A stretch of DNA of 22,317 nucleotides. It comes from Candidatus Thorarchaeota archaeon (GTDB lineage Archaea; Asgardarchaeota; Thorarchaeia; Thorarchaeales; Thorarchaeaceae). Positions 1-9,805 of the stretch are shown piece by piece. The position numbers were made by a program, and so were the translations under genes. Location of the stretch: positions 1 to 22,317 of the forward strand of contig JAOUFI010000033.1 of NCBI GenBank assembly GCA_029858305.1, written 5' to 3'. Position 1 is the stretch's first letter. Every line of letters starts with the position of its first letter. The notes below the pieces were generated by a model, which was given only the letters and a program-made list of their open reading frames with translations, was not told where the DNA came from and ran no database searches.

Positions 1-779
1 ATCCCCATCATGATCAGGAATGGATTTGCTTGTGTTGGTATTTGACCGATAACATCAGCTGCAACTGTCGGTGACAAGATCAGGTCGTAGGTGCCAGGAG
101 TTCCTTGAACCGCACCAATGGCTTGTTTTGATAGATACCCCGCCTTCTTTCCAGCATCTACCATCTGTTTTTCTGCCTTTGAGGGGATTGCTCCACATAC
201 AAGTCCTTGTCCAGAATAATCAAGCTCATCCTGGAAAGCTCTGACATTCAGGTCAAATGCTGTGTTCTTTTCTGATCCCTTTGGTCCTTGACTAGACTTG
301 AAGAAAACGTGTTCGTTTCTGAGCATCAAAGCACCTGCTACTCTCATTGCACCCTCCTCAACAGCATGGTCTATGACCGAGTTGATGACACCTGGGGCTT
401 TTTCTGAGAACTCCTCAATATTGTCATCGTATTGACCTTTGATTTTTGGGTAAGAGCTCATTTTATCCTCAATACCAGCAAAGAACATCGAGTCTGGTAG
501 AATCTCTGTGTATGTAATGACATCATCAATTGCTTTCTTGACATCACTCATTGTTGAAACAGGTCGGTCCGTGGAACCGGTTTTTTGACCTTTGACGACG
601 ACGAATAACTGCAATTGCAGGCTATTCCATCTCTTGCTTATGTCAATGCTATTCTGAGAAAATCGAATCTGAGAGTCTTTATTGCTGACGCCGCGAGCAA
701 TGATAGCATCGCACTTCTTCTCACCATAGTCAATAGCTTGTTCAATCAGCCCTTTCAGCTTATCCATCTCTGACATCAT
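1..779 (-). CDS. pmbA: TldE/PmbA family protein, 3' end runs off the window
   Basis: Not in the ORF track; translated by hand as (M)MSEMDKLKGLIEQAIDYGEKKCDAIIARG...SQIRFSQNSID...GTPGTYDLILSPTVAADVIG...IMMG, open to base 1. The IRFSQN and PGxYDLILSP motifs are PmbA/TldE-like. The start overlaps the tldD stop (ATGA, 779-776). Confidence 0.85.
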   Translation of the reverse strand, partial: MMSEMDKLKGLIEQAIDYGEKKCDAIIARGVSNKDSQIRFSQNSIDISKRWNSLQLQLFVVVKGQKTGSTDRPVSTMSDVKKAIDDVITYTEILPDSMFFAGIEDKMSSYPKIKGQYDDNIEEFSEKAPGVINSVIDHAVEEGAMRVAGALMLRNEHVFFKSSQGPKGSEKNTAFDLNVRAFQDELDYSGQGLVCGAIPSKAEKQMVDAGKKAGYLSKQAIGAVQGTPGTYDLILSPTVAADVIGQIPTQANPFLIMMG

Positions 780-2218
780 CCGACACCTCCAAGTCTTATT
801 TCTCTGAATCTGATCTCTCCTCCTCCTGCATACACTGGAACTCCTTGTGATGGATCGCTCTTTCCACAAGTCCCTGGAAAGTCGAATGTTAGATTCTTCG
901 ATACTGCATCTACTGCGCTCAGAAGACCAACACTTGTTGTCTCCATGACAGGTCGTTTAACCATGGTCGTGGTAACTTCTCCATTCTTGATGAGATATGC
1001 CTCAGAACCAGTATATTTGGACTGGTAACGCCTATCATCGATGTTCCATTCCTGAAAGCTTCTCATGAAGACTCCGAGTTTAACATCCTCAACTAATTCC
1101 TCGAATGAATAGTTACCAGGCTCGAAATATGTGTTGGCCATTCGTATGATAGGTTCCCTGTTGTAGGCTGAGGCTCGTGCGGCTGCATTTGAGCCCTTGC
1201 CAAACCTCGTACCAAACTCTCTATTGAGAAGAGGTTCATTTATGATTCCGTTCTTTATCAGCTCACGTTTACGTGACTTCACACCCTCATCGTCATAGAG
1301 ATAGTATCCCGATGTCTTCTCGATTGTAGGATTCTCACTAACATTTACCTCTTCAGAGCCAACGCGTGATTCGCCTAATTTGAGGTCCCTCCAGAAGCTC
1401 TCACCAGCCTGGGCTCCCTCTCTGCCCATTATTCGATCACCCTCGCTCGGATGACCTACATTCTCATGAGCAATTATGCCTGCGACCTCTGGTCCTACTA
1501 TCATATCGACAGGCTGACTCATCAATTCATCAATTTTTTTGGCTTTTTCGGCTGCCCTCTTGAGATTCTCAACCTCCATCTTTACATTCTCAATAAGATT
1601 TGACTCCTTGATGCGCTCCCAGCCCCCTGCAAGAGTGAGATCCATGAATTTCTGTTCGGACCCACCCTGAGCTTGCGCAGTGAGAACTGAAAAGAGCAAA
1701 ATATACGATTGTTGCCCCTCAATCTGAGCCCCCTCATTTGTCACAATATACTTGTCAATAACGCGAGGATTGAACATCACCACATACGATGCAAGTCCTG
1801 TCATCTGTTTATTCAGCTCAGACGTGAACTCCATCATTGTGTCTATGTCAACATCATTAAGAGGCTGTTTTGCTGCCATTTTCCATTTTGCTCTATTGAC
1901 CACTGGTTCGCCAAGATCGATTGGAACCTTTCTCTTGGCATTTTTAGCCATTCTATATGCGGTCGTTATGGATTCTTTTGCCAAGTTCCTCTCAAGTCTA
2001 TCAAATGTAGCGAATCCCATATTGCCATCAACAAGAACGCGCACACCAATTCCCTCTGTAGGTGAAAAGCCGCCAGATACGGGTTCACCGTTCCTGAAAG
2101 CCAAGCCCCGCGTCAAGTCCTTGACATATCTAGCTTCAACATAGTTACATCCAAGGTCTTGTCCGATCTGGATGCAGTACTCAGCAATATCTTTTCCATG
2201 CTTCATTATGGACGCCAA
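776..2218 (-). CDS. tldD: TldD family metalloprotease
   Basis: 480 aa. It has the HENVGHPSEGD metal motif (HExxxH), YDDEG, RMANTY and a C-terminal CGK..QGVPV motif. It is paired with a downstream PmbA. The start (TTG 2218 or a later ATG) is uncertain. Confidence 0.93.
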   Translation of the reverse strand: MASIMKHGKDIAEYCIQIGQDLGCNYVEARYVKDLTRGLAFRNGEPVSGGFSPTEGIGVRVLVDGNMGFATFDRLERNLAKESITTAYRMAKNAKRKVPIDLGEPVVNRAKWKMAAKQPLNDVDIDTMMEFTSELNKQMTGLASYVVMFNPRVIDKYIVTNEGAQIEGQQSYILLFSVLTAQAQGGSEQKFMDLTLAGGWERIKESNLIENVKMEVENLKRAAEKAKKIDELMSQPVDMIVGPEVAGIIAHENVGHPSEGDRIMGREGAQAGESFWRDLKLGESRVGSEEVNVSENPTIEKTSGYYLYDDEGVKSRKRELIKNGIINEPLLNREFGTRFGKGSNAAARASAYNREPIIRMANTYFEPGNYSFEELVEDVKLGVFMRSFQEWNIDDRRYQSKYTGSEAYLIKNGEVTTTMVKRPVMETTSVGLLSAVDAVSKNLTFDFPGTCGKSDPSQGVPVYAGGGEIRFREIRLGGVG

Positions 2219-2313
2219 GGCAACGGTTGACTAACCGAATGATAAAGACTTTGGAGTCTACCGCAGACTTCAAATGATTAGGCTCTCAGCTTTTATTGAT
2301 AATTATACAGTGA

Positions 2314-3654
2314 GTGCCAGAGATGATTGAGGAAGTTGCTCGTGCGAAGTGGACTGCTATCTATGCATTCTTAATAATGGATTTTATACAGATATTCATT
2401 GTATCTATTCTGTATCTCGACACTACAACACTATTTGTCGTGGGCATCAATTTTGCTCAAACCAATACTCTTGTGTCTACAGGACTCTTCGTAGGTATTG
2501 TACTCATGCAGCTCATAATGTTGTATCTATCAGCTGCACAGATGCTTCGCAGTCCTGATTTACTTGAACTCTATCCAAGATTCAATAAGGAAACGCCTTG
2601 GAAACGCAGATTCAGTAGAGATGACATAGTTAAATGGACTCTTGAATTAGCCAAGAAGAGCGAGGTATCCGTCAAGAAGATCTTCCTAATGGCATCACCT
2701 CTACCTAATGCATACACCTTCAGCCTTCCTCTGATGGGGGCTGTAGTTGTGGTTCATTCTAACACATTGGATGTCTTGAACGAGGAAGAGATGCAAGCAA
2801 TCATTGCACATGAGTTAGGCCACATAAAGAATCGTGATTCAATTGTGACAATTCTCACAAGAATGCCATCGTTCTTCATTGACATAATATACCTGTATAT
2901 CTATATTCGACTTATCTTGGCCATTGCAGATTCCCTTCTGGTCAATGCAGATCTGTTTTCTACTGCAGTTAGAGCAATTGTCCTCTTGGCATTCTTTATC
3001 ATCTCAAGACTTCTTACTCTACTCTCCAGATATTTCATGCAGAGCGCATCAAGAGCTGCCGAACTCATGTCAGATTATCATGCAGCCTCCATAATTGGTC
3101 ATGAAGCCACCATCAATGGTCTGATTCGCTTGGGTCAAAGAGTAGAGGCTATCACTGTTCTTGTTGATGAGATTCGTTGGTTGGAATCTCTTAACCCAGA
3201 AAGAGCTGGACCTATATCAAATGCTGAACTCTTGCGAATGATAACTCAGTATCCGTTGGATGGAATCGACGAGCAAAATGCACGTGACGTTGCACCATGG
3301 GTCTTTCTGTCAACTAAGCTGAAACATATGCGAGAGGTCTATGGAGTTAAGCTGAATGATGGTCAGGTTAAGGATGCTGTTGAACCTGCGATTGAACCCC
3401 TCCTAAAGGCTCGAAGCGATATGAACCCAAAATCGACATCCACAAAGGAAAGCAAAGTTGTTGATTGGAGGAAAGCAGACCATGATGGCGATCGTCGGCT
3501 CTCTTCTCAGGAAATAACTGATTTGCTGAAGTTGTTACGTTCACAGCCAAACAAGATGCTATTCGACCAGGAGGTAGGTGTTAATATGTTAATACTCGAC
3601 CATCCAGACTTCAGACGTCGTGTCCTATTCATTGCTGACGAATTCGGTCTCTAA
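2314..3654 (+). CDS. M48 (HtpX/Ste24-like) membrane zinc metalloprotease with an extended C-terminal region
   Basis: Two N-terminal TM segments, PNAY, AHELGH, two more TM segments, RAAELMSD (third Zn ligand) and a C-terminal HPxxxRR motif. Confidence 0.9.
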   Translation: MPEMIEEVARAKWTAIYAFLIMDFIQIFIVSILYLDTTTLFVVGINFAQTNTLVSTGLFVGIVLMQLIMLYLSAAQMLRSPDLLELYPRFNKETPWKRRFSRDDIVKWTLELAKKSEVSVKKIFLMASPLPNAYTFSLPLMGAVVVVHSNTLDVLNEEEMQAIIAHELGHIKNRDSIVTILTRMPSFFIDIIYLYIYIRLILAIADSLLVNADLFSTAVRAIVLLAFFIISRLLTLLSRYFMQSASRAAELMSDYHAASIIGHEATINGLIRLGQRVEAITVLVDEIRWLESLNPERAGPISNAELLRMITQYPLDGIDEQNARDVAPWVFLSTKLKHMREVYGVKLNDGQVKDAVEPAIEPLLKARSDMNPKSTSTKESKVVDWRKADHDGDRRLSSQEITDLLKLLRSQPNKMLFDQEVGVNMLILDHPDFRRRVLFIADEFGL

Positions 3655-3656
3655 CT

Positions 3657-5126
3657 CTATTCATCATCAACGAACACATTGTTCTCACGGTCTTCTTCAG
3701 CCCTGTTTAATCCCCTCATCGATGAGATTATTGCTGCAATGATTGCCAGAAATGAGAACATGAAGACACTTGATTGGTACGCTCTTCCATAGCTTTCGAT
3801 GAATATTGCGCCTGATGTGATTCCCCATGGATTGAATATGATGAAGAACACTCCAAAGACAGTTGTGACAAGTGCTGTTGCTACCGAAAAGCCTGTCGTT
3901 CTCGCAAGATTCGTGAGCGCACTGACTACACCCATGTATTTCTTTGGTGCTGAAGTCATTATGAAGTTGCCATTAGCTACACTGAAGAAAGAGAGTCCTG
4001 TTCCCATTATTGCTACACCAACTCCCATTAAGAGTACATTTGGTGTGCTTATGGCTAGGAACAGAAGTCCAGTCAACTGAACGATGAGTCCTACAGTGGT
4101 CTGAATTTCCGCATTCACCCTCTCAGACACAAATCCTGCAACTGGTCCCGTTACTGATATCATAAGTGGCTGAATGATTAGGAAGATTCCTGTCATCACT
4201 TGGTTGAATCCGAGGGCTTCTTGAAGATAAAATGGTAGAAGAAACGATATTGGTACCATTGCCATGTATGCTAAGAGTGCAGAAAAGATGCTAACTGAAA
4301 TTTTCCTATCAGTGAGCACATCGATAGTAATTACAGGCGAGTCGAAAGAACGCTCTCTCAGAATAAATGCAATGAATGTGAGAAGTGTTCCTCCAATGAA
4401 TATCAAACTCATGAAGGTGTCTGCCATTCTAGCTACTGTCACGTAATAGATGATTAGGAACAAGAAGCTAAAGAAAAGCCCAGCGCCAATCGTATCAAAC
4501 TTAGTTTCATGGACTAGCTCGGTCTTTGGGATTGCGAACTGCACTGCAAAGAATCCAATGATGCCAATTGGGAGGTTGACCAAGAAAATGCTTTCCCACC
4601 CGAATAATTGAGTCAAAATTCCTCCTAGAACTGGTCCACTTCCCAGTGCTGCAGCAAGTACCACAGAATTAAGACCTATTGCTCTTCCTCTGTTCTTTGG
4701 TGTCGTAAAATATGTCACCAATGCCAACCCATTTGCTGATATCATGGCTGAGCCTAATGCTTGGAATACACGAGCAGCAACAAGCATCTCAAGACCTATG
4801 GAAATTGCACAACCAAAGGAGCCTGCGATGAATACTAACATGCCCAGTTGGAAGATCCTCTTCTTCCCGTATCGGTCTCCGAATTTTCCCATAAGCGGCA
4901 TAGTGGATGTTAAGATTAGGAGATAAGCCACTACAACCCACTGTATAGCATCGATCGTAACACCAAAACTTACCATCATCGTAACAAGTGAAACATTGAC
5001 AATAGAGGCATCTAATGCACTTAGAAAAATCCCAAAACTCGTTGCAGCTACAACTCTATATGGTCCGGGCAATAGGAATTGATTCTGTTCAGAGGAGAAT
5101 GGCGTCGTTGTCATTGAATGCATCAC
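3657..5126 (-). CDS. MFS transporter, DHA2 (EmrB/QacA-like, about 14 TM)
   Basis: LDASIVNVSL, motif A GKFGDRYGKK, ARVFQALG, GPVLGG, WESIFLVNLPIG. The start could be 5123 or 5114. Confidence 0.92.
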   Translation of the reverse strand: MMHSMTTTPFSSEQNQFLLPGPYRVVAATSFGIFLSALDASIVNVSLVTMMVSFGVTIDAIQWVVVAYLLILTSTMPLMGKFGDRYGKKRIFQLGMLVFIAGSFGCAISIGLEMLVAARVFQALGSAMISANGLALVTYFTTPKNRGRAIGLNSVVLAAALGSGPVLGGILTQLFGWESIFLVNLPIGIIGFFAVQFAIPKTELVHETKFDTIGAGLFFSFLFLIIYYVTVARMADTFMSLIFIGGTLLTFIAFILRERSFDSPVITIDVLTDRKISVSIFSALLAYMAMVPISFLLPFYLQEALGFNQVMTGIFLIIQPLMISVTGPVAGFVSERVNAEIQTTVGLIVQLTGLLFLAISTPNVLLMGVGVAIMGTGLSFFSVANGNFIMTSAPKKYMGVVSALTNLARTTGFSVATALVTTVFGVFFIIFNPWGITSGAIFIESYGRAYQSSVFMFSFLAIIAAIISSMRGLNRAEEDRENNVFVDDE

Positions 5127-5483
5127 ACACTGAATAATAGAGCCTACGCTAGATTGATAGCTTTTCCATCCGGTGATACGGTCCTTAATTGTTCTTTTGG
5201 TCTGTCTCTATGGATCGCAGACCATTACCGTGATTATTATACAGCTGGATGGAATCTTTTCCTATCCGGATTTACTAGTTCTTCATATTTTAAACAGACC
5301 TTGGCACATGGCTATTATATCCTTCAAAAGTGCTTCAAAGCTGCAGAAAGTATGACGTGATTAATCCATCCTAGATTGAATACCAAATCAAATTGTGTAC
5401 TTTCCCAAGAGTTAATTAGGCGATGCATAAATAACCGTATACAATAGTATGCATTTGTGTACGCATGCCAAGAATGAAAGGTT

Positions 5484-5810
5484 GTGAGGAGAAGTAAGTT
5501 GTCATCACGTGATATTGAGATGGAGACGAGTGCTGATATTCTTTCCATCGCATCCAGATACATCATTGTCAGTGTTGTGATAATTGCAATTGGCGCGATT
5601 TCATCAGTCTATGCAATTCTGGATTTTCTCATCTATGGAATGCTTCATGGTGCTTTCCTAGTATTTGGAGGATTTTTCCTAGGTATTGCATTCATGTTGA
5701 TAGGCGCGTTCATTGGAGTCTGGGGTCTCTTTTGGATGCGATCTGAAGGGAAGAGACTTCGAAAGAGGTTTGAAGGTATCGTATCAATTGAAGGGAGTAT
5801 GAGACCATGA
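5484..5810 (+). CDS. Small membrane protein of unknown function, paralog of the next gene
   Basis: Two long hydrophobic segments. It aligns without gaps to 5807..6190 and shares an ATGA overlap with it. The start may be ATG 5520. Confidence 0.75.
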   Translation: MRRSKLSSRDIEMETSADILSIASRYIIVSVVIIAIGAISSVYAILDFLIYGMLHGAFLVFGGFFLGIAFMLIGAFIGVWGLFWMRSEGKRLRKRFEGIVSIEGSMRP

Positions 5811-6190
5811 GACATTCAGAGAAGGATGTAAAGATCACAGAAGCAAGTTCAGTTCCAGAGGAAGTCGCGAAACCAAAACTCAAGCAAGAGAAGGTACAGA
5901 AGATCAAGAAACCAAAGACGGTCACTTGGGAAGGAGTAACACAGAAAGTCTATGATCGTATCGAGTGGTATGCTACTCGCTTTATCATTATATCGACAGT
6001 AGGCGTTGTGATAGGCTTCATTGCTCTCGTCTATGGTGGTATAGCTTTCGTATTCACTGCGGCATCCCTCCAAGACGTCAGCGTCTTTCTTGCTGTGTTT
6101 ATTGGAGTAGGTGCAATTGTTGCATCAATTATACTGCTTGCATGGGGCGTCTTCTGGCGCAAAAAGGTAGAAACTCAGTCTATCTTCTAG
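5807..6190 (+). CDS. Small membrane protein of unknown function with a charged N-terminal extension
   Basis: Lys/Glu-rich N-terminus followed by two hydrophobic segments ending WGVFWRKK. GGGAG lies upstream of the ATG. It is a paralog of the previous gene. Confidence 0.8.
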   Translation: MRHSEKDVKITEASSVPEEVAKPKLKQEKVQKIKKPKTVTWEGVTQKVYDRIEWYATRFIIISTVGVVIGFIALVYGGIAFVFTAASLQDVSVFLAVFIGVGAIVASIILLAWGVFWRKKVETQSIF

Positions 6191-6349
6191 ATCGTTCAAT
6201 CAATTATTCTCATCAAGTAATCCAAGGCTCTATCTCACTGATGAGATAAGACGCCTTGGTTTTCGTTTTTTAGCTGCGTTATTATCTTTGATAAAAGGTA
6301 CATTTAGCGAGTCACTTCATTCTAATCCCATGTTTAGTAGGGTACGCCC

Positions 6350-6577
6350 TTATGCAAGCTCTCTATCTGGATGTATGATATATCTTGATACTCCTCTATC
6401 AGCTAGTTCTTTTTCGATTCGGGCGATGTGGACTGCAATTGCAGCCTGTGAGTTTTTGAGTGACACAAGACTCAATCTGAGATCGCTATCCGAATCTTTA
6501 ACGCCTCTGTGTGGTAATATAACACTAAAATTATGTATCCTGGAATTGTTGCTTTTGTGACTCAATGAATTCACCAT
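6350..6577 (-). CDS. Small helical hypothetical protein (paralog 1)
   Basis: 75 aa. 26/48 ungapped identities to the ORF at 20861..21070, with many synonymous codon differences. Confidence 0.8.
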   Translation of the reverse strand: MVNSLSHKSNNSRIHNFSVILPHRGVKDSDSDLRLSLVSLKNSQAAIAVHIARIEKELADRGVSRYIIHPDRELA

Positions 6578-6600
6578 TTTTAGTTTAGCATGCGTTCTGT

Positions 6601-6619
6601 TTGTAGAGATTTTCTACAA
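6601..6619. promoter_or_regulatory. Palindrome TTGTAGA-N5-TCTACAA, candidate operator
   Basis: Perfect 7-bp inverted repeat between an AT-rich TATA-like tract (6620-6645) and the ATG at 6577. Confidence 0.45.
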
Positions 6620-6877
6620 TTATTATTATACATCAAATATAATTAAAGTCGCGTTAAACAAGATGATGTGGAAAGTTACTGGATGACGATGTGGCTACAT
6701 CTGACTACCGCCATTTGGTTACATACTGTAATAGAAGTATTGTTTTGGAGAAATTATTGATACTTATTCACAAGAAATATTTCATTTTGAATAGCTTGTT
6801 GAATATGCAAAACGGAACGTACTTGATTGCCTTTTGATTCAGCTTAATCAATTTCGAACCATAGCCACTCGACTATA

Positions 6878-7756
6878 TTAGAATTGCGAGAGTGCACCCT
6901 GAGCTCTCACATATCGCTCTGTATATTTGAACAGGAGACTGCCTACAACGATGAACAATATGTCTATTATCAATAATGCAGCTACAGCTTGAATAATTCC
7001 TGGAGCCAAGAATCCATACATCAAGAAAGACCTGAACGCATCTACACTCCAGGTCAAGGGAGATGCTAATGATACGTACTGCAATATTGGCGGAAGAACA
7101 ACGATAGGATAGGATATTGGCGCTATAATGAGGAATACTTCCGATACCACCTCAATGATCATCCAGCCCTGTTTTGCTAGAAGCACTATGCAGGTTAGTG
7201 CAAACACTATTCCTTGCATGCCGATTACTGCAAGTACGACTATTCCTAGTGCTGGAAATACACCCCACAGGTTCAACGTGGCTCCGAAGAAAAGGACTGA
7301 AAAGATGAGCTGGAGAATCACCCCAAGACCACCATGCTGTACGTTATGAAGCATGGTTCCCCAGACTATCGTATCCCTTCTGATTGGTGTGGTCATCAGG
7401 GTTTCAAGAGTACCGACATTTTGTTCCCTTCTGAATGCCATGCCTGTACCCCAGAAGAGGCTCATAGCCAATCCTGAGAATGCGCTGCCTATAGCGATGT
7501 AGGTCACCCAATCAGTGGTGCCTGTATATGTTCCAAATACTGAGGATGTTGGACTACCTGCGACAGCCGTACCTGCGAGAAGCATGGGCAAGAACCATAG
7601 GAAAGGCATTACGATGAAATAGAGGACACTGAGGGGGTAGGAGAATTCTACTCTCCACTGCTTGATTGAGAGAGCGTTGGCAGCTCTGAGTTCAGCGCGT
7701 AGACCACCACGTTTCATCATCTTCTCATGTAGGCTTGAACTCTCTGTCTGTGTCAT
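6878..7756 (-). CDS. ABC-2 type transporter permease
   Basis: About 6 TM segments with REQNVGTLETLMTTP, YPIVVLP and SPLTW motifs. The start abuts the previous stop codon. Confidence 0.92.
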   Translation of the reverse strand: MTQTESSSLHEKMMKRGGLRAELRAANALSIKQWRVEFSYPLSVLYFIVMPFLWFLPMLLAGTAVAGSPTSSVFGTYTGTTDWVTYIAIGSAFSGLAMSLFWGTGMAFRREQNVGTLETLMTTPIRRDTIVWGTMLHNVQHGGLGVILQLIFSVLFFGATLNLWGVFPALGIVVLAVIGMQGIVFALTCIVLLAKQGWMIIEVVSEVFLIIAPISYPIVVLPPILQYVSLASPLTWSVDAFRSFLMYGFLAPGIIQAVAALLIIDILFIVVGSLLFKYTERYVRAQGALSQF

Positions 7757-8665
7757 CTAGAACCCTCCCATGCTACCCCTCTCTTTTGTCCACTTCTCTC
7801 CGTAATTAAAGACTCCAATTCCAACAGCCCAGAAGAATATGAGAATCCCACACATCAGGGCAATAGACTGAAGGAACAGAAATAGGTCATATGTCCCTAT
7901 GATGGCAAGATCTCTTATGACGACTATTGCTATGGTTGAAGGAATCAAGTATGCTGCGAATCTTGCCGGAGCTGGAAGGACCTGTAATGGGTAGGTTATC
8001 GGCGAGACCGTGAACACAGCGTTGTTGATGAGTTCGGTCAGAACACTTGGATCTTTGAATACAAGTATCATACCTGCAAGCATGAACCCGAATCCATAGA
8101 ATGCGATTATCATCAGAAGCATAATCACAATAATCGGTCCAACTGCCACTAGGGTGTAGGACACACCGAAGAGTGCCATAGCGGTGAACAATAGGATGAA
8201 AGCTGATATTGTGGTCTGTACAGTATCTGAGAATGCAGCACCGAGGAGGATGCTAATTCTTGGAACTGGTGTCACAAACAGCGGTTCTAGTGTTCCAGAG
8301 AACTGCTCCCAGCGAAAGTTGTTCCCGATCGACCAGATGCTGGCATCAATATATTTGAAGATGAACCAACCAATCACAGCGAACTGGAGGAAGTCGCTGA
8401 ATCCCGAAACCTCACTGAAATATTCACTTGTGCCTGGCCCTGCAACTGCAGTCATCATCAACAGGTATGGAGCTAACCATAAGATTGGCAAGAGACCCCA
8501 GATGAGTACATTGGTCGGATATCGAATTGCTATCCTGATATTCTTAACTGCGAAAATTCGTGATGCATTCCAGTCCATCATACGTGGCTGGAAATCAGTC
8601 AGATACCCATTTTCCAACTCTTCACGTTCTTCGTCAGCAGATCGAAGACTTTCACGAGTCTGCAT
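7757..8665 (-). CDS. ABC-2 type transporter permease
   Basis: EQFSGTLEPLFVTP and YPLQVLP motifs, multiple TM segments. The ATG at 8665 overlaps the ATPase stop (TGATG). Confidence 0.92.
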   Translation of the reverse strand: MQTRESLRSADEEREELENGYLTDFQPRMMDWNASRIFAVKNIRIAIRYPTNVLIWGLLPILWLAPYLLMMTAVAGPGTSEYFSEVSGFSDFLQFAVIGWFIFKYIDASIWSIGNNFRWEQFSGTLEPLFVTPVPRISILLGAAFSDTVQTTISAFILLFTAMALFGVSYTLVAVGPIIVIMLLMIIAFYGFGFMLAGMILVFKDPSVLTELINNAVFTVSPITYPLQVLPAPARFAAYLIPSTIAIVVIRDLAIIGTYDLFLFLQSIALMCGILIFFWAVGIGVFNYGEKWTKERGSMGGF

Positions 8666-9657
8666 CAATCCTCAATCCTCCGTCCTGTTAGTTTCAGAAA
8701 GACATCATCTAGTGAGGGTTCCTTGATCTCAAAATGCTCAACGCGTGCGCTCTGGTCTTGATGGATAAGATTCAAGACATGATGAGCCAAGTCATATCCA
8801 TCCTTAGCAGTTACCACCAACTCTGAGTATCCATTTCGTGTTGTTGAATTTGCTGACATCACTCCATCGATCTCTCTGATTAACCCAAGGTCTGGGTCAC
8901 CTTTGGTCTTGATATGAATGCTGTCATAATCTCGCACGTCTTCTTTCAATTCTTGTGGAGACCCGAAGCTCTTGATCTCTCCTTCATTAATTAATGCGAT
9001 TTTATCACAGAGCAGGTCTGCCTCATGCATGTAATGTGTTGTGAGCAGTATTGTCTTGCTTTTCAGAGAGTTACGAATGTACTGCCGAAGGTCTGTTGCA
9101 AAGGTTGGATCTAGTCCCTGAGTGGGTTCATCTAGTAGCAAAACTGGGGGATCATGAATCAACGCTCTAGCGAACACGATCTTCATTCGCATTCCGTGAC
9201 TAAGTTCCTCCGTTTTGATGTCCGCTTTCTCAAGAAGTCCCATCTGCCCTAGAAGCTCGTCTGCGCGCTCCTTTGCCTCGTTCTGTGGCATTCGATAGAG
9301 CTTGGCAAAGAAGATGATGTTCTCTCGCGCAGTAAGCTTCCAGTAGATGCTTCGTTCATTTCCTTGACATACGCCCATCGATGCTCTGGCATAAGTGGAT
9401 TCCTTTAGGACGTCATACCCGTGAACTCTAGCAGTTCCAGAGGTTGGGAGAACAAGAGTTGCCAGGCATTTGATCAACGTTGTCTTGCCTGCCCCGTTGG
9501 GGCCCAAAAGGCCATAGATCTGACCTTTCGGTATATCCAGTGTAATCGACTTCAATGCGTCGACTCTTGTTTTCTCAACTGGGATGATGACCGCCTTCTT
9601 TTTTACACTAATGAAGGTCTTTGAAAGGTCTTGTATCTCTACAGCAATTTTGTTCAA
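8665..9657 (-). CDS. ABC transporter ATP-binding protein (DrrA/CcmA-like multidrug type)
   Basis: Walker A GPNGAGKT, signature LSHGM, Walker B LLLDEPT, TTH and a C-terminal EPSLDDVFLKLTG. I prefer TTG 9657 as the start because GGAGGT lies 7 nt upstream; the track start of 9720 is probably too long. Confidence 0.95.
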   Translation of the reverse strand: MNKIAVEIQDLSKTFISVKKKAVIIPVEKTRVDALKSITLDIPKGQIYGLLGPNGAGKTTLIKCLATLVLPTSGTARVHGYDVLKESTYARASMGVCQGNERSIYWKLTARENIIFFAKLYRMPQNEAKERADELLGQMGLLEKADIKTEELSHGMRMKIVFARALIHDPPVLLLDEPTQGLDPTFATDLRQYIRNSLKSKTILLTTHYMHEADLLCDKIALINEGEIKSFGSPQELKEDVRDYDSIHIKTKGDPDLGLIREIDGVMSANSTTRNGYSELVVTAKDGYDLAHHVLNLIHQDQSARVEHFEIKEPSLDDVFLKLTGRRIED

Positions 9658-9659
9658 TA

Positions 9660-9805
9660 TTATTACCTCCCCCAAAAAGAGGGTGAGAATGTTGGTGTTC
9701 GTAAAGCCCAGTATATTCACTCAGGTCTTATCGAACCCGAGTGAGAAAAGTTCGCCTCGGGTTTCAGTCCCGTATAAGTATTGTGAGCATGCGTAAACAC
9801 CTATC
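9660..9805 (-). promoter_or_regulatory. Structured 5' leader of the ABC operon (putative attenuator or translational switch)
   Basis: Overlapping inverted repeats at 9734-9741/9756-9763 and 9717-9726/9735-9744, short uORFs, and a pyrimidine tract complementary to the SD region. Confidence 0.5.

Noticed and set aside
1709-2144. Antisense ORFs within tldD, and similar shadow ORFs at 3799, 7128, 8184, 12938, 13945, 16611, 19052 and 21924
   Set aside because: They lie opposite well-supported genes and have no recognisable motifs.
5118-5566. ORFs 5118..5360, 5173..5355 and 5324..5566
   Set aside because: They overlap each other in a divergent promoter region and have no clear SD or motifs.
6288-6560. 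Plus-strand 90-aa ORF as the real gene at this locus
   Set aside because: The synonymous substitution pattern and the paralog with a strong SD support the minus-strand frame.
9658-9720. N-terminal extension of the ABC ATPase from GTG 9720
   Set aside because: A strong GGAGGT precedes TTG 9657 and homology begins there. The GTGA overlap with the 27-aa uORF leaves slight doubt.
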